From contig OZ220744.1 of the NCBI GenBank assembly GCA_965116925.1, positions 1,952,001 to 2,016,000 on the forward strand: DNA of 64,000 nucleotides. Reading direction: 5' to 3'. Under the pieces are notes generated by a model. It was not told the DNA's origin and searched no databases. It saw only the letters and a program-made list of their open reading frames with translations. This document shows positions 39,622-49,298 of the stretch, piece after piece (the first letter of the stretch is position 1; the number at the start of each line of letters is the position of its first letter). This DNA comes from Candidatus Poribacteria bacterium. Its GTDB lineage: Bacteria; Poribacteria; WGA-4E; PCPOR2b. The position numbers were made by a program, and so were the translations under genes.

Positions 39622-40503
39622 CTACTGGGTGGGTGTAAGTGCGGGGAGGGAATCCGGTGTAATTTCATCACCTTCGCAGAGCACGACCGCCCTTGATATT
39701 ACGCCGTACAATTCTCGGACGTTTTCTGGCCAATCATATTTGCAAAGCAGATCCATAACTGCATCAGATACCTTGGGCGGTTTCTTGCCGTCTAATTCTG
39801 CCTGCTGCTCAACAAAATGCTGTACTAGCGCAGGAAGATCCTCAAGCCGTTCTCGGAGCGGTGGAGATTGTACCACACAGATACTCAGACGATAATATAG
39901 ATCTGATCTAAACTTCTTCTGATCAACAAACCGCTTGAGGTCGCCATGGGTTGTGCCGATAATACGAACATTGGCATAAATCGGTTTTGTCCCGCCGACA
40001 CGATTAAAATAACCGTTTACCAGAAAATCGTGCAACCGATTTTGGGTTTCGAGCGGAAGTGCATCAATCTCATCAAGGCATACCGTGCCGTCATTCGCTA
40101 TTTCGAGCATCCCTTTTTTCTGATTAACCGCTCCTGTGAAAGCCCCTTGCTCGTGGCCAAATATTTCACTATTGATAAGCAGCGTACGCGTGGAGGGCAT
40201 GTGAAAAGGGACAAAGGGACCGCTTGCATACTTGCTATTATAGTGGATTATTCGGGCGATAAGTTCTTTTCCCGTTCCCGTTTCTCCTTGGATTAGGACG
40301 GGCGATTGTGTTCCAGCAATCTTATGTAGGTTGGTGCGAAACTGTTGCGTCCACTTGCTTGTGCCGACTAACTCAACTTTGGGAATTGATGGCTCTGTTG
40401 ACCGCTGTGGTGTTTCCATCGCGCTCAAAAGCTCTTCAGCTTCATCAACAGTGATTCTGTGATCGTGAAGCAGAGTAAGTACCTTCCGTTGTGCTGCATA
40501 CAT
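39622..40503 (-). CDS. Sigma54-activator AAA+ ATPase with short N-terminal SHOCT-like helix and no C-terminal HTH
   Basis: GETGTGKE, GAFTGA, LDEI, FRSDLYYRL, PPLRER, WPENVREL; the protein ends ~25 aa later. Confidence 0.85.
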   Translation of the reverse strand: MYAAQRKVLTLLHDHRITVDEAEELLSAMETPQRSTEPSIPKVELVGTSKWTQQFRTNLHKIAGTQSPVLIQGETGTGKELIARIIHYNSKYASGPFVPFHMPSTRTLLINSEIFGHEQGAFTGAVNQKKGMLEIANDGTVCLDEIDALPLETQNRLHDFLVNGYFNRVGGTKPIYANVRIIGTTHGDLKRFVDQKKFRSDLYYRLSICVVQSPPLRERLEDLPALVQHFVEQQAELDGKKPPKVSDAVMDLLCKYDWPENVRELYGVISRAVVLCEGDEITPDSLPALTPTQ

Positions 40504-40545
40504 GATTGTACCTCCTAATTTTTTTCAGATATTATTTCCTCAATC

Positions 40546-40929
40546 CTATTCGGATGTATGAAATGAGTCGCTCAGTGTTTGCATGGCTGCGATGCCTTCC
40601 TGTGGAGACATCTCGCCATGCTCGATTGCCTCAAGGATTTCAAGCTGTTCCTGCCGCTTAGCGTGAGGGGCGTACCCCAGCGCGTCAATGACCTCATCCA
40701 GCTTTTTTCGCACCGTTGGGTATGAGATTCCCAATTCTTTTTCCACCTCCTTGATGTTCCCCCTCGCAACGAGGAACGCTTCAACGAATTGCTGCTGATC
40801 TGATGGCAGCAGGCCAAGTTTGGAGATTGGGAAACGCCCTTCCATCCCCATTTCGCAGGAAGTGCATTTCAGTTTGACAGGTTCGAGTCGTCCGTCGCAG
40901 ATCGGACAGTTGCTGATTGGTTTCCGCAT
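40546..40929 (-). CDS. DUF2089 family protein (Zn ribbon + HTH + C-terminal SHOCT-like helix)
   Basis: CPIC..C.SC, RGNIKEVEKELGISYPTVRKKLD; start placed at ATG 40929. Confidence 0.85.
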   Translation of the reverse strand: MRKPISNCPICDGRLEPVKLKCTSCEMGMEGRFPISKLGLLPSDQQQFVEAFLVARGNIKEVEKELGISYPTVRKKLDEVIDALGYAPHAKRQEQLEILEAIEHGEMSPQEGIAAMQTLSDSFHTSE

Positions 40930-40973
40930 AAAAACTCCTCTTAGCAAAAAGGATTTAGATGTTACTATCGTAT

Positions 40974-41002
40974 AGTATAATCGAGAAAACAGTAAATGTC
41001 AA
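40974..41002 (-). promoter_or_regulatory. Near-consensus sigma70 promoter of the DUF2089 operon
   Basis: Minus strand TTGACA-17 nt-TATACT. Confidence 0.7.
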
Positions 41003-41244
41003 TTAAAATAATTGATTATATTGATTTAATAGGGCAAAATTATCAATTATTATAATTTTATATATTGATGACTAATAAGGTCGTTTCTAACTATCTGAAA
41101 CCGGTTTGATCTACCTCGCACTAGTTTGGAATCGTTGCTGAATTGACTTGATTACATATTTCTATTTTGTTTTTAAGAAGGGTGTATTATAATTACCGTT
41201 ATATTACCCTTGACTTCTCACTTTATAGAACGGAGGAGAGACCT

Positions 41245-42177
41245 ATGAAAATTGGAATTGGTGCTTCAGCGGACCCCCGAGCAACTGTTGAACGTTGCAA
41301 ACAACTCGGCGTGGAGCGCGTTTTTATCAGTTGTGCGTCCCTGCCCGGATATGCGGAGAATGGATATCCGACTCCGGCCAGTCTGCGGGAATTCAAGGGA
41401 CGATTAGAGGATAATGGTGTAGAGGTGCCAAGTGCCACCTATTGGTTTGCGACGTGGCCCCCGCAACCTTGGCGTGACGGCTCGACGAATCCAGATATAT
41501 TGCTGAATCGTGACCGGCGTTGCACTGATGCTATGTTGCGGATGATCGAGCTTCTGGGAGAAGTTGGTATCACATCGGTATTGCACTACGTTGATATCGG
41601 CAAACCGCTGAATCTCACACAGGAAGCGGATTGCTGGGAGGGACTGATTGACATCTATCGTGAACTGATACCGGTGGCAGAGGCGAATGGCGTTGGCATC
41701 GGAAATCACAGTCTCCACCGGCTCTTGCCTGATGGCGTTCGTGAACGAGCGGTTGCGGAAGGCGTAAGGATTGAAGATTATGGAAGTTATATGACGGAGG
41801 GTTGGGGTGGACCCTTCCTTGTTGGCACGTGGAAAGAGTTGCGGCGATTGGTGAATGCGGTTCCAAGTCCGTCGAATGGTGTGACGTTGTGTACTGGTAT
41901 GGACATCCCCGGCGGGGATGTGCCGGCACTAGTAGCCGAGTTTGCAGGTAAGATCCATTTTTGCCAGCTGCGAGACCACTCTGATCGATGGCCCACCGGA
42001 CGGGAGGGACCCCTTGGCGAAGGACGGGTGAATCTTCCTGCTGTAATTTCCGCCTTGCGAGATGCCAATTATCAAGGCATTCTGAATCCAGAACATCTGG
42101 GGCAGCCGAGATATCCTGGTGAAAATTTGGAAGCAAAGGCGGTTGCCTATATCCAATCCATATTAACTGAGCTTTGA
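41245..42177 (+). CDS. Xylose-isomerase-like TIM-barrel protein (sugar phosphate isomerase/UxuA-like)
   Basis: VPSPSNGVTLCTG, KIHFCQLRD, GEGRVNL, PEH; start at ATG 41245 after GGAGGAG. Confidence 0.75.
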   Translation: MKIGIGASADPRATVERCKQLGVERVFISCASLPGYAENGYPTPASLREFKGRLEDNGVEVPSATYWFATWPPQPWRDGSTNPDILLNRDRRCTDAMLRMIELLGEVGITSVLHYVDIGKPLNLTQEADCWEGLIDIYRELIPVAEANGVGIGNHSLHRLLPDGVRERAVAEGVRIEDYGSYMTEGWGGPFLVGTWKELRRLVNAVPSPSNGVTLCTGMDIPGGDVPALVAEFAGKIHFCQLRDHSDRWPTGREGPLGEGRVNLPAVISALRDANYQGILNPEHLGQPRYPGENLEAKAVAYIQSILTEL

Positions 42178-42212
42178 GGAATTAGATGACCAATAATTGA
42201 GGGGGCAATAGT

Positions 42213-43025
42213 ATGCAGACACGGAAACTGGCAACGCTTCAAGTGCCGCCTATCGGAATGGGCACCTGGAAAACGTTTGATGTCCGCTCAGACGCGGAGA
42301 TCGCTATTCGTAAGAAGATTATCGCAGCCTGCCTCTCAGAGGGTGTTGCCTTGCTCGACTCGTCGCCGATGTATGGCGAAAGTGAAAGAGTGGTTGGCGT
42401 AACGACCGAGGGCAAGCGAGAACAGTTTCAGCTTGCGACGAAGGTTTGGTGTACGGGGTTGTCACAGGGTAAAGCTGAGATTACCCGATCCTTTGAACGG
42501 TTTCGGACCGATTATATTGATGTCTTTCAGATCCACAATCTCTTGGATTGGCAAACCCACCTGTCAACGCTAGAACGGTTGAAGGCGGAAGGGAAAATCG
42601 GTCTTATCGGCATCACACACTATATGACCGCATCTTATCCTGAGATGATCCGAATCATGAAGGGGGGACGGATCAGTACGATTCAAATCCCCTACAACGT
42701 ATTGGAACGAACATGCGAACAGGAAATTTTGCCGCTTGCCGAGGAACTCGGTATCGGCGTGATTGTGATGCAGCCGCTCGGCGTGGGGAGATTGGTGACG
42801 GGACTCAGAAGGGAACCGGATCTCGCGCCACTTCGAGCGCATGGGATAGAGACATGGGCACAGGCATTATTGGCGTGGATCCTCGCGGATATGCGGATAA
42901 GCGTCGTGATTCCGGCGACATCAAAACCAGAACGGATTCGAGAGAATGCTGTAGTGGGTGGGCTGCCCCCACTGCCACAGGAGTTACGGATGTATATTGA
43001 GCAGGAAACGCAACGATGCCTCTGA
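42213..43025 (+). CDS. Aldo/keto reductase
   Basis: IGMGTW, DSSPMYGESE, ATKVW, QIPYN, IPATS. Confidence 0.9.
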   Translation: MQTRKLATLQVPPIGMGTWKTFDVRSDAEIAIRKKIIAACLSEGVALLDSSPMYGESERVVGVTTEGKREQFQLATKVWCTGLSQGKAEITRSFERFRTDYIDVFQIHNLLDWQTHLSTLERLKAEGKIGLIGITHYMTASYPEMIRIMKGGRISTIQIPYNVLERTCEQEILPLAEELGIGVIVMQPLGVGRLVTGLRREPDLAPLRAHGIETWAQALLAWILADMRISVVIPATSKPERIRENAVVGGLPPLPQELRMYIEQETQRCL

Positions 43026-43074
43026 CCGATTTTTTTCTAAGCTATAGCTTGACTTTGCATGAAAGGAGTTTTAT

Positions 43075-43953
43075 ATGCTGACTCAAGAGCAGGTCGATTT
43101 CTATCAAACCAACGGTTATATCGTCGTTGAAAACGTAATTTCAACGGAAGATCTCGTGGAGCTGCGCAGGATTACTGATGAATTTGTCCATAAATCCCGC
43201 GAGGTGACTGAACATACCGATGTTTTTGACCTTGAGCCCGGGCACACGCCAAAGGTGCCTCAGTTGCGGCGTCTCAAAAATCCGGTAGTCCTGCACCCAA
43301 TTTACGACAAGATGCTTCGCCACAACTACATTCTCAACAGCGTTGCCCAACTGATTGGACCGAATATTCGTTATGACACCTCCAAACTTAACATGAAATC
43401 CGCTGGGTTCGGTAGTCCCGTTGAATGGCATCAGGATTTTGCGTTCGCGACGCCAGTAACCAACGATGATATGCTGTCGGTCGGTTTAGCGATTGACGAT
43501 ATGACGCAGGAAAACGGCTGCCTACTGTTTATCCCAGGTTCGCATAAAGGCCCAATTTACGACCATTACCAGAACGATGTTTTTGTTGGTGGAATTACTG
43601 ACCCCAATTTCAGACCGGATAACGCCGTTCCTATTGAGGTAAAGGCTGGCGGTATCACGATCCATCACACCCGTACCCTGCACGCCTCTGCACCTAACTC
43701 TAGTGGACAATCCCGCCGTTTGTTTCTGCTCCAATACTCCGCAGCTGACACACTGCCTAAACGACCCATTACTGACTGGAAGGCCTTAGACGCTGCCATG
43801 CTACGTGGTGAACAGGTCCGCGAACCCCGCTATACCGATACTCCGCCTGTTCCTCGTCCCGACAATCCCCGGTCTGGGGGGCGTGGTGGGTCCATCTACG
43901 AAATACAGACACTCTTGGCGAAGAAGCGAGTGTCCGAAGGTGTACCCAAGTAG
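43075..43953 (+). CDS. Phytanoyl-CoA dioxygenase family protein
   Basis: WHQD, ENGCL..IPGSH, LHAS.PN.S...RR. Confidence 0.9.
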   Translation: MLTQEQVDFYQTNGYIVVENVISTEDLVELRRITDEFVHKSREVTEHTDVFDLEPGHTPKVPQLRRLKNPVVLHPIYDKMLRHNYILNSVAQLIGPNIRYDTSKLNMKSAGFGSPVEWHQDFAFATPVTNDDMLSVGLAIDDMTQENGCLLFIPGSHKGPIYDHYQNDVFVGGITDPNFRPDNAVPIEVKAGGITIHHTRTLHASAPNSSGQSRRLFLLQYSAADTLPKRPITDWKALDAAMLRGEQVREPRYTDTPPVPRPDNPRSGGRGGSIYEIQTLLAKKRVSEGVPK

Positions 43954-44186
43954 GAAGGTGAATTGAGAGGGGTGAAAAACTACTGGGAATTTGGGGAACA
44001 TAGACAGGCAAGAGAAAATGTGTCCTGTATTTTTCTTGACACTTCAAGAGCGGATTTGCTATTATTCCCACACATCCTCCATCATAACATTTGGAGCGGG
44101 TAAATGAGGGTAGGCTCCTGATTCCATCGGTGGTCTGTCGCACAATGTTTAGGGATTTGTATCAATGCAAGGGAGGTATCACGTCG

Positions 44187-44888
44187 ATGAAATCCAATTA
44201 TTTCTTCTTGATAGTTCTCGTGCTGGCTCCCGTTTTGGTGTGGAACGCAACTAGTTTCGCTGGTACATGGCGCGACGACTTTGAAGACAGAATTACTAGG
44301 GAATGGAAAATCTACAATTTAGACCGTCAGGTTGAAAATTGGTGGATCAATCGGGGTGAAGCAGCCGGACGAATCTTTAAGCGTGGATTTATCAGTCTAT
44401 GGTTGACGGGAGAGTTGGACTGGGAGAACTACTCGGTTTCATGTCGAGCCAAATTGGTCAAAGAGCGTAGCGATCCAGCACGTGTCGGGCTCTCGTTACA
44501 CGACAGAGGTGATGAGCACACCCGTTATCTATTTTTTATCGACTTCTTTTCTAGCACCGTGTTGATCACTAGGGCGGAACCAAATCAATGGTTTACGCGG
44601 GAGTTTCCTTTTGTCTCGGACATTGATACATGGTATAAACTCAGGGCAACCGTCGGTGAGGGTCAACTTGAATTTCAGGTCAATGATCAGGTTTTTACGG
44701 CGGAAGATCAGTTTCCTCTCAAACCCGGTCAAGCAGGGTTGGTAGTCGGTAATGCAGAGGCCCGCTTTGATGATGTCGCAATTACAGGAGTAAATATCAA
44801 GAACGGTGGGCCAGGGCGTCAACAACTCCCCGTGGACACGCAGGGATCACTTACGACAACGTGGGGACGAATCAAACAAGACAGGTGA
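44187..44888 (+). CDS. Secreted lectin-fold (DUF1080-like) protein with C-terminal TTTWG motif
   Basis: Signal peptide, WRDDFED, WENYSV, GQAGL..FDDV; ends VDTQGSLTTTWGRIK; start at ATG 44187. Confidence 0.7.
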   Translation: MKSNYFFLIVLVLAPVLVWNATSFAGTWRDDFEDRITREWKIYNLDRQVENWWINRGEAAGRIFKRGFISLWLTGELDWENYSVSCRAKLVKERSDPARVGLSLHDRGDEHTRYLFFIDFFSSTVLITRAEPNQWFTREFPFVSDIDTWYKLRATVGEGQLEFQVNDQVFTAEDQFPLKPGQAGLVVGNAEARFDDVAITGVNIKNGGPGRQQLPVDTQGSLTTTWGRIKQDR

Positions 44889-45025
44889 ACGTAGGTGTCA
44901 TCTTTGGTTCGTTTGACGATCTTCGTCTGAATTGGTGGCTGAAGGAACGGGTATCAGATTGTACTTGCACCCACTGAGGGATTGTGCTACAATGAGACAG
45001 ATCTTTTAATGAAGGAGGCTACTGT

Positions 45026-45478
45026 TTGAGAAACATTGATAATCAACCATCTGGTTTTACATCTACACAACTCCTCATTGTGATTGTTATTATCGGGATT
45101 GTGGTTGCTGTTGTGCTAGCATCAGGCTTATTGGGGCAGGCAGGAAAAGCGGATCAGGCCCAAGCAGCGGAAGAGATTGAAACTATCGGCATTGCACTGG
45201 ATACCTACGCGAAAGATAATGGGGATTATCCCTCGACTGAACAAGGACTGGCAGCACTGTGGGAGAAACCTGAGCAGCCGCCAGTTCCTGTCAATTGGTT
45301 GGGTCCATATTTGAAGGTTCCTATCACAAAGGATCCGTGGGGAAACACTTACATCTACATCCGTCCCGGTGTCCATGACCGATACGGTTACGATCTGATC
45401 TCTTTCGGCAGCGATGGACGCGAGGGGGGTGCCGGCGACGCAGAGGATATCGTTAGTTGGATTCGTCCGGATGAGTAA
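45026..45478 (+). CDS. gspG: Type II secretion major pseudopilin GspG-like protein
   Basis: G|FTSTQLLIVIVIIG, ALDTY..DNG.YPSTEQGLAAL, W.GPYL, DPWG..Y.Y..PG, GSDG..GG. Confidence 0.8.
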   Translation: MRNIDNQPSGFTSTQLLIVIVIIGIVVAVVLASGLLGQAGKADQAQAAEEIETIGIALDTYAKDNGDYPSTEQGLAALWEKPEQPPVPVNWLGPYLKVPITKDPWGNTYIYIRPGVHDRYGYDLISFGSDGREGGAGDAEDIVSWIRPDE

Positions 45479-45519
45479 AGTGTAGAGTGGAAAATCTAAG
45501 GTGCGCTGTTAATTCATGA

Positions 45520-46233
45520 CTAACGGGCAGTGGAAATCGCGACCCTCAGATCTAAGGCACCGGTATAAAGCGCTCGACCGACGATAGCACCGTGAACCGC
45601 TATTGCTTTGAGGGCTTGGACATCTTGAATTGATGTGACCCCACCGGAGGCGATGACGTTTACCGAAACGGCGGCAGCGATGGCTGCCGTAGTTTCCAAG
45701 TTGGGTCCTTGGAGCATCCCATCGCTTTTGATGTCTGTATAGATAATGGTTTGAACCCCACAATCTTCCATCTCTTGAGCAAATGCGAGGGCGGATTTTT
45801 CAGAGACATCAAGCCAGCCTTCTGTGGCAACCATCCCATCTTTTGCATCGATACCGACAGCGATTCGAGATCCGTACTTTTTGCAGGCGGCTTCGACCAA
45901 CGGCGGATCTTTGAGGGCAGCCGTACCCAGAATTGCTCTTGTCACACCGAGTGCTAGTACGTCATCTAGCCTTTCCATTGTCCGAATGCCTCCCCCCAGT
46001 TGGACGGGAATCTGAAGCATTTCGACAATTTCCTTGACGATTTGGAGATTATCGGATACTGCACTAAACGCACCGTCAAGGTCTACAAGGTGAAGGTATT
46101 CGGCACCGCTTTCTTGCCACTGTTGGGCCATTTCCGCAGGTTGGTCTGAGAAGATTGTTTCCTCCCTTGCTCGTCCCTGCACTAGATTTACACATTTTCC
46201 ATTTCGGAGATCAATTGCTGGCAAAATTAACAC
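45520..46233 (-). CDS. hisA: ProFAR isomerase HisA
   Basis: PAIDL..G.CV.L.QG, LHLVDLDGA, GGGIR, YTDI..DGMLQGPN, IASGGV. Confidence 0.95.
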   Translation of the reverse strand: MLILPAIDLRNGKCVNLVQGRAREETIFSDQPAEMAQQWQESGAEYLHLVDLDGAFSAVSDNLQIVKEIVEMLQIPVQLGGGIRTMERLDDVLALGVTRAILGTAALKDPPLVEAACKKYGSRIAVGIDAKDGMVATEGWLDVSEKSALAFAQEMEDCGVQTIIYTDIKSDGMLQGPNLETTAAIAAAVSVNVIASGGVTSIQDVQALKAIAVHGAIVGRALYTGALDLRVAISTAR

Positions 46234-46255
46234 GATTGTTAGAACTCCCTGTCTC

Positions 46256-46442
46256 GCCCCCTGGTAGGTGCGGTTTTATGAAGTTTAAGTATTTAAATCG
46301 GTAATCCCGGTTTTCCTCGAAACATATGGTAGGCGCGGTTTGCAACCGCGCCGGCGTCGATAACAAATTACCGAATTATTTTTTTAATTTTCATTCAACC
46401 GCACCGGTTTGGAGCGTCTCATTAATTCTAAAATCCACTATA
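46256..46442. mobile_element. Partial TATAGT-family repeat with a second inverted-repeat element (46278-46394) inserted in its hairpin loop
   Basis: GTAGGTGCGGTT and AACCGCACC arms are split by ATGAA..TCGGTAAT / ATTACCGA..TTCAT, which itself contains GTAGGCGCGGTTTGCAACCGCGCC. Confidence 0.6.
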
Positions 46443-46495
46443 GTTAGTATTAATTGTACGGATTTGAATGATTCGATTAAAGAAAGGAATCGCAG

Positions 46496-47224
46496 ATGCG
46501 TCCAGTTATTGGCATCACTTGCAGCTTAACAGCAAGCCCTATCGGCGACTCCATATACGCCCTGGAACGCAACATCGTCGCGTGCGACTATGCTCGTGCG
46601 ATTGAATACGTTGGTGGCACCCCGTTCCTCGTGCCACACGTTGAAGATATGGAGCGCATCGACCGATACTTGGGAGTGCTTGACGGGCTCGTTCTCTCTG
46701 GCGGTGGTGACATTGATCCATTACTGTTTGGTCAGGAGCCTCATCAAAACATGGGCAGCGTTGACCGCGTGCGCGATGAGATGGAACTGCAGCTTACTCA
46801 AAAAGCATTAGACCAGGACCTACCGATTCTCGCAATTTGCCGCGGGATTCAGATGCTGAATGTTGCGGCCGGTGGTACGATTTACCAAGATATTACCGCT
46901 GAGATGCCGCAGCCAACTCTGTGTCATTCGCAAAGTGGTGCCGGTTGGTACGCTTCCCATACAATTGATATTCTGTCCGATAGCCGTCTGTTTCAGATTT
47001 TCGGCAGTCCAACTACCCGCGTCAATTCCTTCCACCACCAAGCAGTGCGGGATGTCCCCGAAGGTTTCATTGTAACCGCCAAAGCGAAGGATAACGTCAT
47101 CGAAGCCATTGAAAGCCCAACCCACCGATTTGCGCTTGGCGTGCAGTGCCACCCTGAGATGATGTGGGAACGCCATCCGGAAGCCCTGAATCTGTTCACG
47201 GCGTTTCTGAAAGCGTGCCAATGA
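46496..47224 (+). CDS. Gamma-glutamyl-gamma-aminobutyrate hydrolase family (peptidase C26, PuuD-like)
   Basis: SGGGDIDP, AICRGIQMLNVA.GGT, VNSFHHQAV, VQCHPE. Confidence 0.9.
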   Translation: MRPVIGITCSLTASPIGDSIYALERNIVACDYARAIEYVGGTPFLVPHVEDMERIDRYLGVLDGLVLSGGGDIDPLLFGQEPHQNMGSVDRVRDEMELQLTQKALDQDLPILAICRGIQMLNVAAGGTIYQDITAEMPQPTLCHSQSGAGWYASHTIDILSDSRLFQIFGSPTTRVNSFHHQAVRDVPEGFIVTAKAKDNVIEAIESPTHRFALGVQCHPEMMWERHPEALNLFTAFLKACQ

Positions 47225-47239
47225 CCGAACGGATTCCTA

Positions 47240-48025
47240 CTACGCCCAGATCTTACTTTCACGCCCTTCCACCCGATGATCATACAGTAGCTTTGTCTCC
47301 TCTGGGAACGTATCAAACACGTCCGCCGGGATCGGTGCTGTATTGACGCCAAAGAATTCCAGATTGAGCCACCACGGTGCGTAGCGCGCCACCACTGCGG
47401 TTCGGGGCTTTTCGCTGGGGCTGGCTGCGTTTGAGTGCCAGATACGGCTGTCCATTATCAGGACGCTGCCTGCTTCACCGGTTGCTTGCAATTCGCCCGG
47501 AATTGGCGCGAACTCATCGATCCCGTCATTTTCGCCCCTCGGATTTTTTTGGCTGACGTGGGTGCCGGGCACTACCCATGTACCGCCATTGCTGGTTGTG
47601 AACGGAGTGAGCATCCACAAGGTTGTGATGCCGATCACCGCTTTGGGAAAAGGTTGGCTGACGTGCCACGGTTGTTTGAGGTCGTGTGGGAAGTCCGAGT
47701 GGTAGGCGCGGTTCAACTCGTAGTGTGGCGGACGAATCTTGTACTCGGTCTGGGAGATTCGCACTTGTGGTCCTAACATTGCTTTAACGACGTTCAGAAA
47801 ACGTTTGTTCGACAGATGAGGTGCCAGCGACGGGAAAAAGGCGATGACGTTTTTTGACCATCGATCATGTTCTTCGCTGAATTTTTTATACGATGGCTCA
47901 GATGTCTCTACCTCTTCACGTACGGCATCCACTTCATCTGCGGGGATGATGCCATCCATTACGCACCAACCCTCTTGTTCCAATTGCGTGACATACTTAT
48001 CGGTTGCCCGATCTAATCTCTCCAT
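47240..48025 (-). CDS. Phytanoyl-CoA dioxygenase family protein
   Basis: YHSD, NGGTWVVPGTH, DSRIWH; start placed at ATG 48025. Confidence 0.85.
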   Translation of the reverse strand: MERLDRATDKYVTQLEQEGWCVMDGIIPADEVDAVREEVETSEPSYKKFSEEHDRWSKNVIAFFPSLAPHLSNKRFLNVVKAMLGPQVRISQTEYKIRPPHYELNRAYHSDFPHDLKQPWHVSQPFPKAVIGITTLWMLTPFTTSNGGTWVVPGTHVSQKNPRGENDGIDEFAPIPGELQATGEAGSVLIMDSRIWHSNAASPSEKPRTAVVARYAPWWLNLEFFGVNTAPIPADVFDTFPEETKLLYDHRVEGRESKIWA

Positions 48026-48072
48026 AACATGCACACTCCTTCTTGCAAATTGGTCGGAAAACTTTCTTGTTT

Positions 48073-48163
48073 CGCTTATGTTAAAATTTAGTGCAAAGAA
48101 ACCGAGTTTTTTCTTGAAAACTCGGTTTCTCTTCGTGCTTTGCACTTTCTTTTTTCATGAGCC
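48073..48163. mobile_element. MITE, GGCTCATG family
   Basis: CGCTTATG..CATGAGCC ends, AAGAAACCGAG hairpin, direct repeat TCTTGTTT on both sides. Confidence 0.7.
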
Positions 48164-48226
48164 TCTTGTTTACACGTTTCGACCTGTTTTTCGGTCAGCA
48201 TTTTTCCCTCGCTTGCGAAATAGTGG

Positions 48227-49249
48227 CTATGCTGCGAGTGCTTCCATCTGCTGGGTATACTTGCCGTAACGCGCAGCACTATTGCACTTCGCTCTATGGT
48301 AAAAGACTTTCTGCGCTCTGGAAGGATTAGCAGGGTTTTCACCCCATGCTTCGAGCGTCGGTCCCTGCAGTGCCCGCCCGTAGGAAAAGCTAAGTTCCCA
48401 GGGACAGTTGCCGATGGCGTTCATGGCGTTAAGATGGTCTGTTGCTAGTTTAGCACTTTGACCGCCGGAGAGGAAGACTATTCCGGGCACCGCTGCAGGT
48501 ATAGCGCGTCGGAAACAACGCACGGTCGCCTCGGCTACCTCTTGGACGCCTGCTTGCACCGGGCAGTCTGTCCCCGAAAGCACCATGTTCGGCTTGAGCA
48601 GGGTTCCCTCAAGGACCACACGATGTGCATGGAGTTCAAAATATACCCGTTTCAGTGTTGCTTCTGTAATCTCCTCACAGCGCTGAATAGTGTGTGTCCC
48701 CTCCATTAGGATCTCTGGTTCGACGATGGGGACAAGTCCAACCTCTTGGCATATAGCTGCATAACGTGCCAACGCGTGTGCATTGGCATCAATGGCAAAT
48801 TGGGTGGGAAGACCTTCGCTGACGTTGATGGGGGCCCGCCACTTGCCGAATCTCGCGCCTAGCTCCCTGTATTCGGTGAGGCGTTCACGGAGTCCGTCAA
48901 GCCCCTCTGTCACCGTTTCGCCGGGGAAGCCAGCGAGATCTTTGGGACCGGTGTCGGCTTTGATACCGGGTATGATTCCCTTGTTCACGAGCAGTTCTGG
49001 AAAAGGCGTACTGTTCTGAGCCGCCTGACGGAGCGTCTCTTCAAACAGGATGACTCCACTGATAAATTCTTCCGCGCCGGGTGTAGTGAACAACATCTCA
49101 CGGTAGGCACGACGATTTTCCTCAGTGCACTCAACATTGATACTATCGAAGCGTCTTTTGATGGTAGCATCCCCCTCGTCCGCGGCGAGAATCCCCTTTC
49201 CTGCTGGAACGAGGGCTTGGGCGGTAGATTCAAGTTCGTGTGTTTTCAT
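48227..49249 (-). CDS. Class I fructose-bisphosphate aldolase
   Basis: GKGILAADE, GVILFEETL, KWRA, LVPIVEPE, LLKPNMV, FLSGGQS, FSYGRALQ; start at ATG 49249. Confidence 0.93.
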   Translation of the reverse strand: MKTHELESTAQALVPAGKGILAADEGDATIKRRFDSINVECTEENRRAYREMLFTTPGAEEFISGVILFEETLRQAAQNSTPFPELLVNKGIIPGIKADTGPKDLAGFPGETVTEGLDGLRERLTEYRELGARFGKWRAPINVSEGLPTQFAIDANAHALARYAAICQEVGLVPIVEPEILMEGTHTIQRCEEITEATLKRVYFELHAHRVVLEGTLLKPNMVLSGTDCPVQAGVQEVAEATVRCFRRAIPAAVPGIVFLSGGQSAKLATDHLNAMNAIGNCPWELSFSYGRALQGPTLEAWGENPANPSRAQKVFYHRAKCNSAARYGKYTQQMEALAA

Positions 49250-49298
49250 AGATTGTAGACTCCTTTCAATGATATGAGATATGCAGATGGATTCATGG

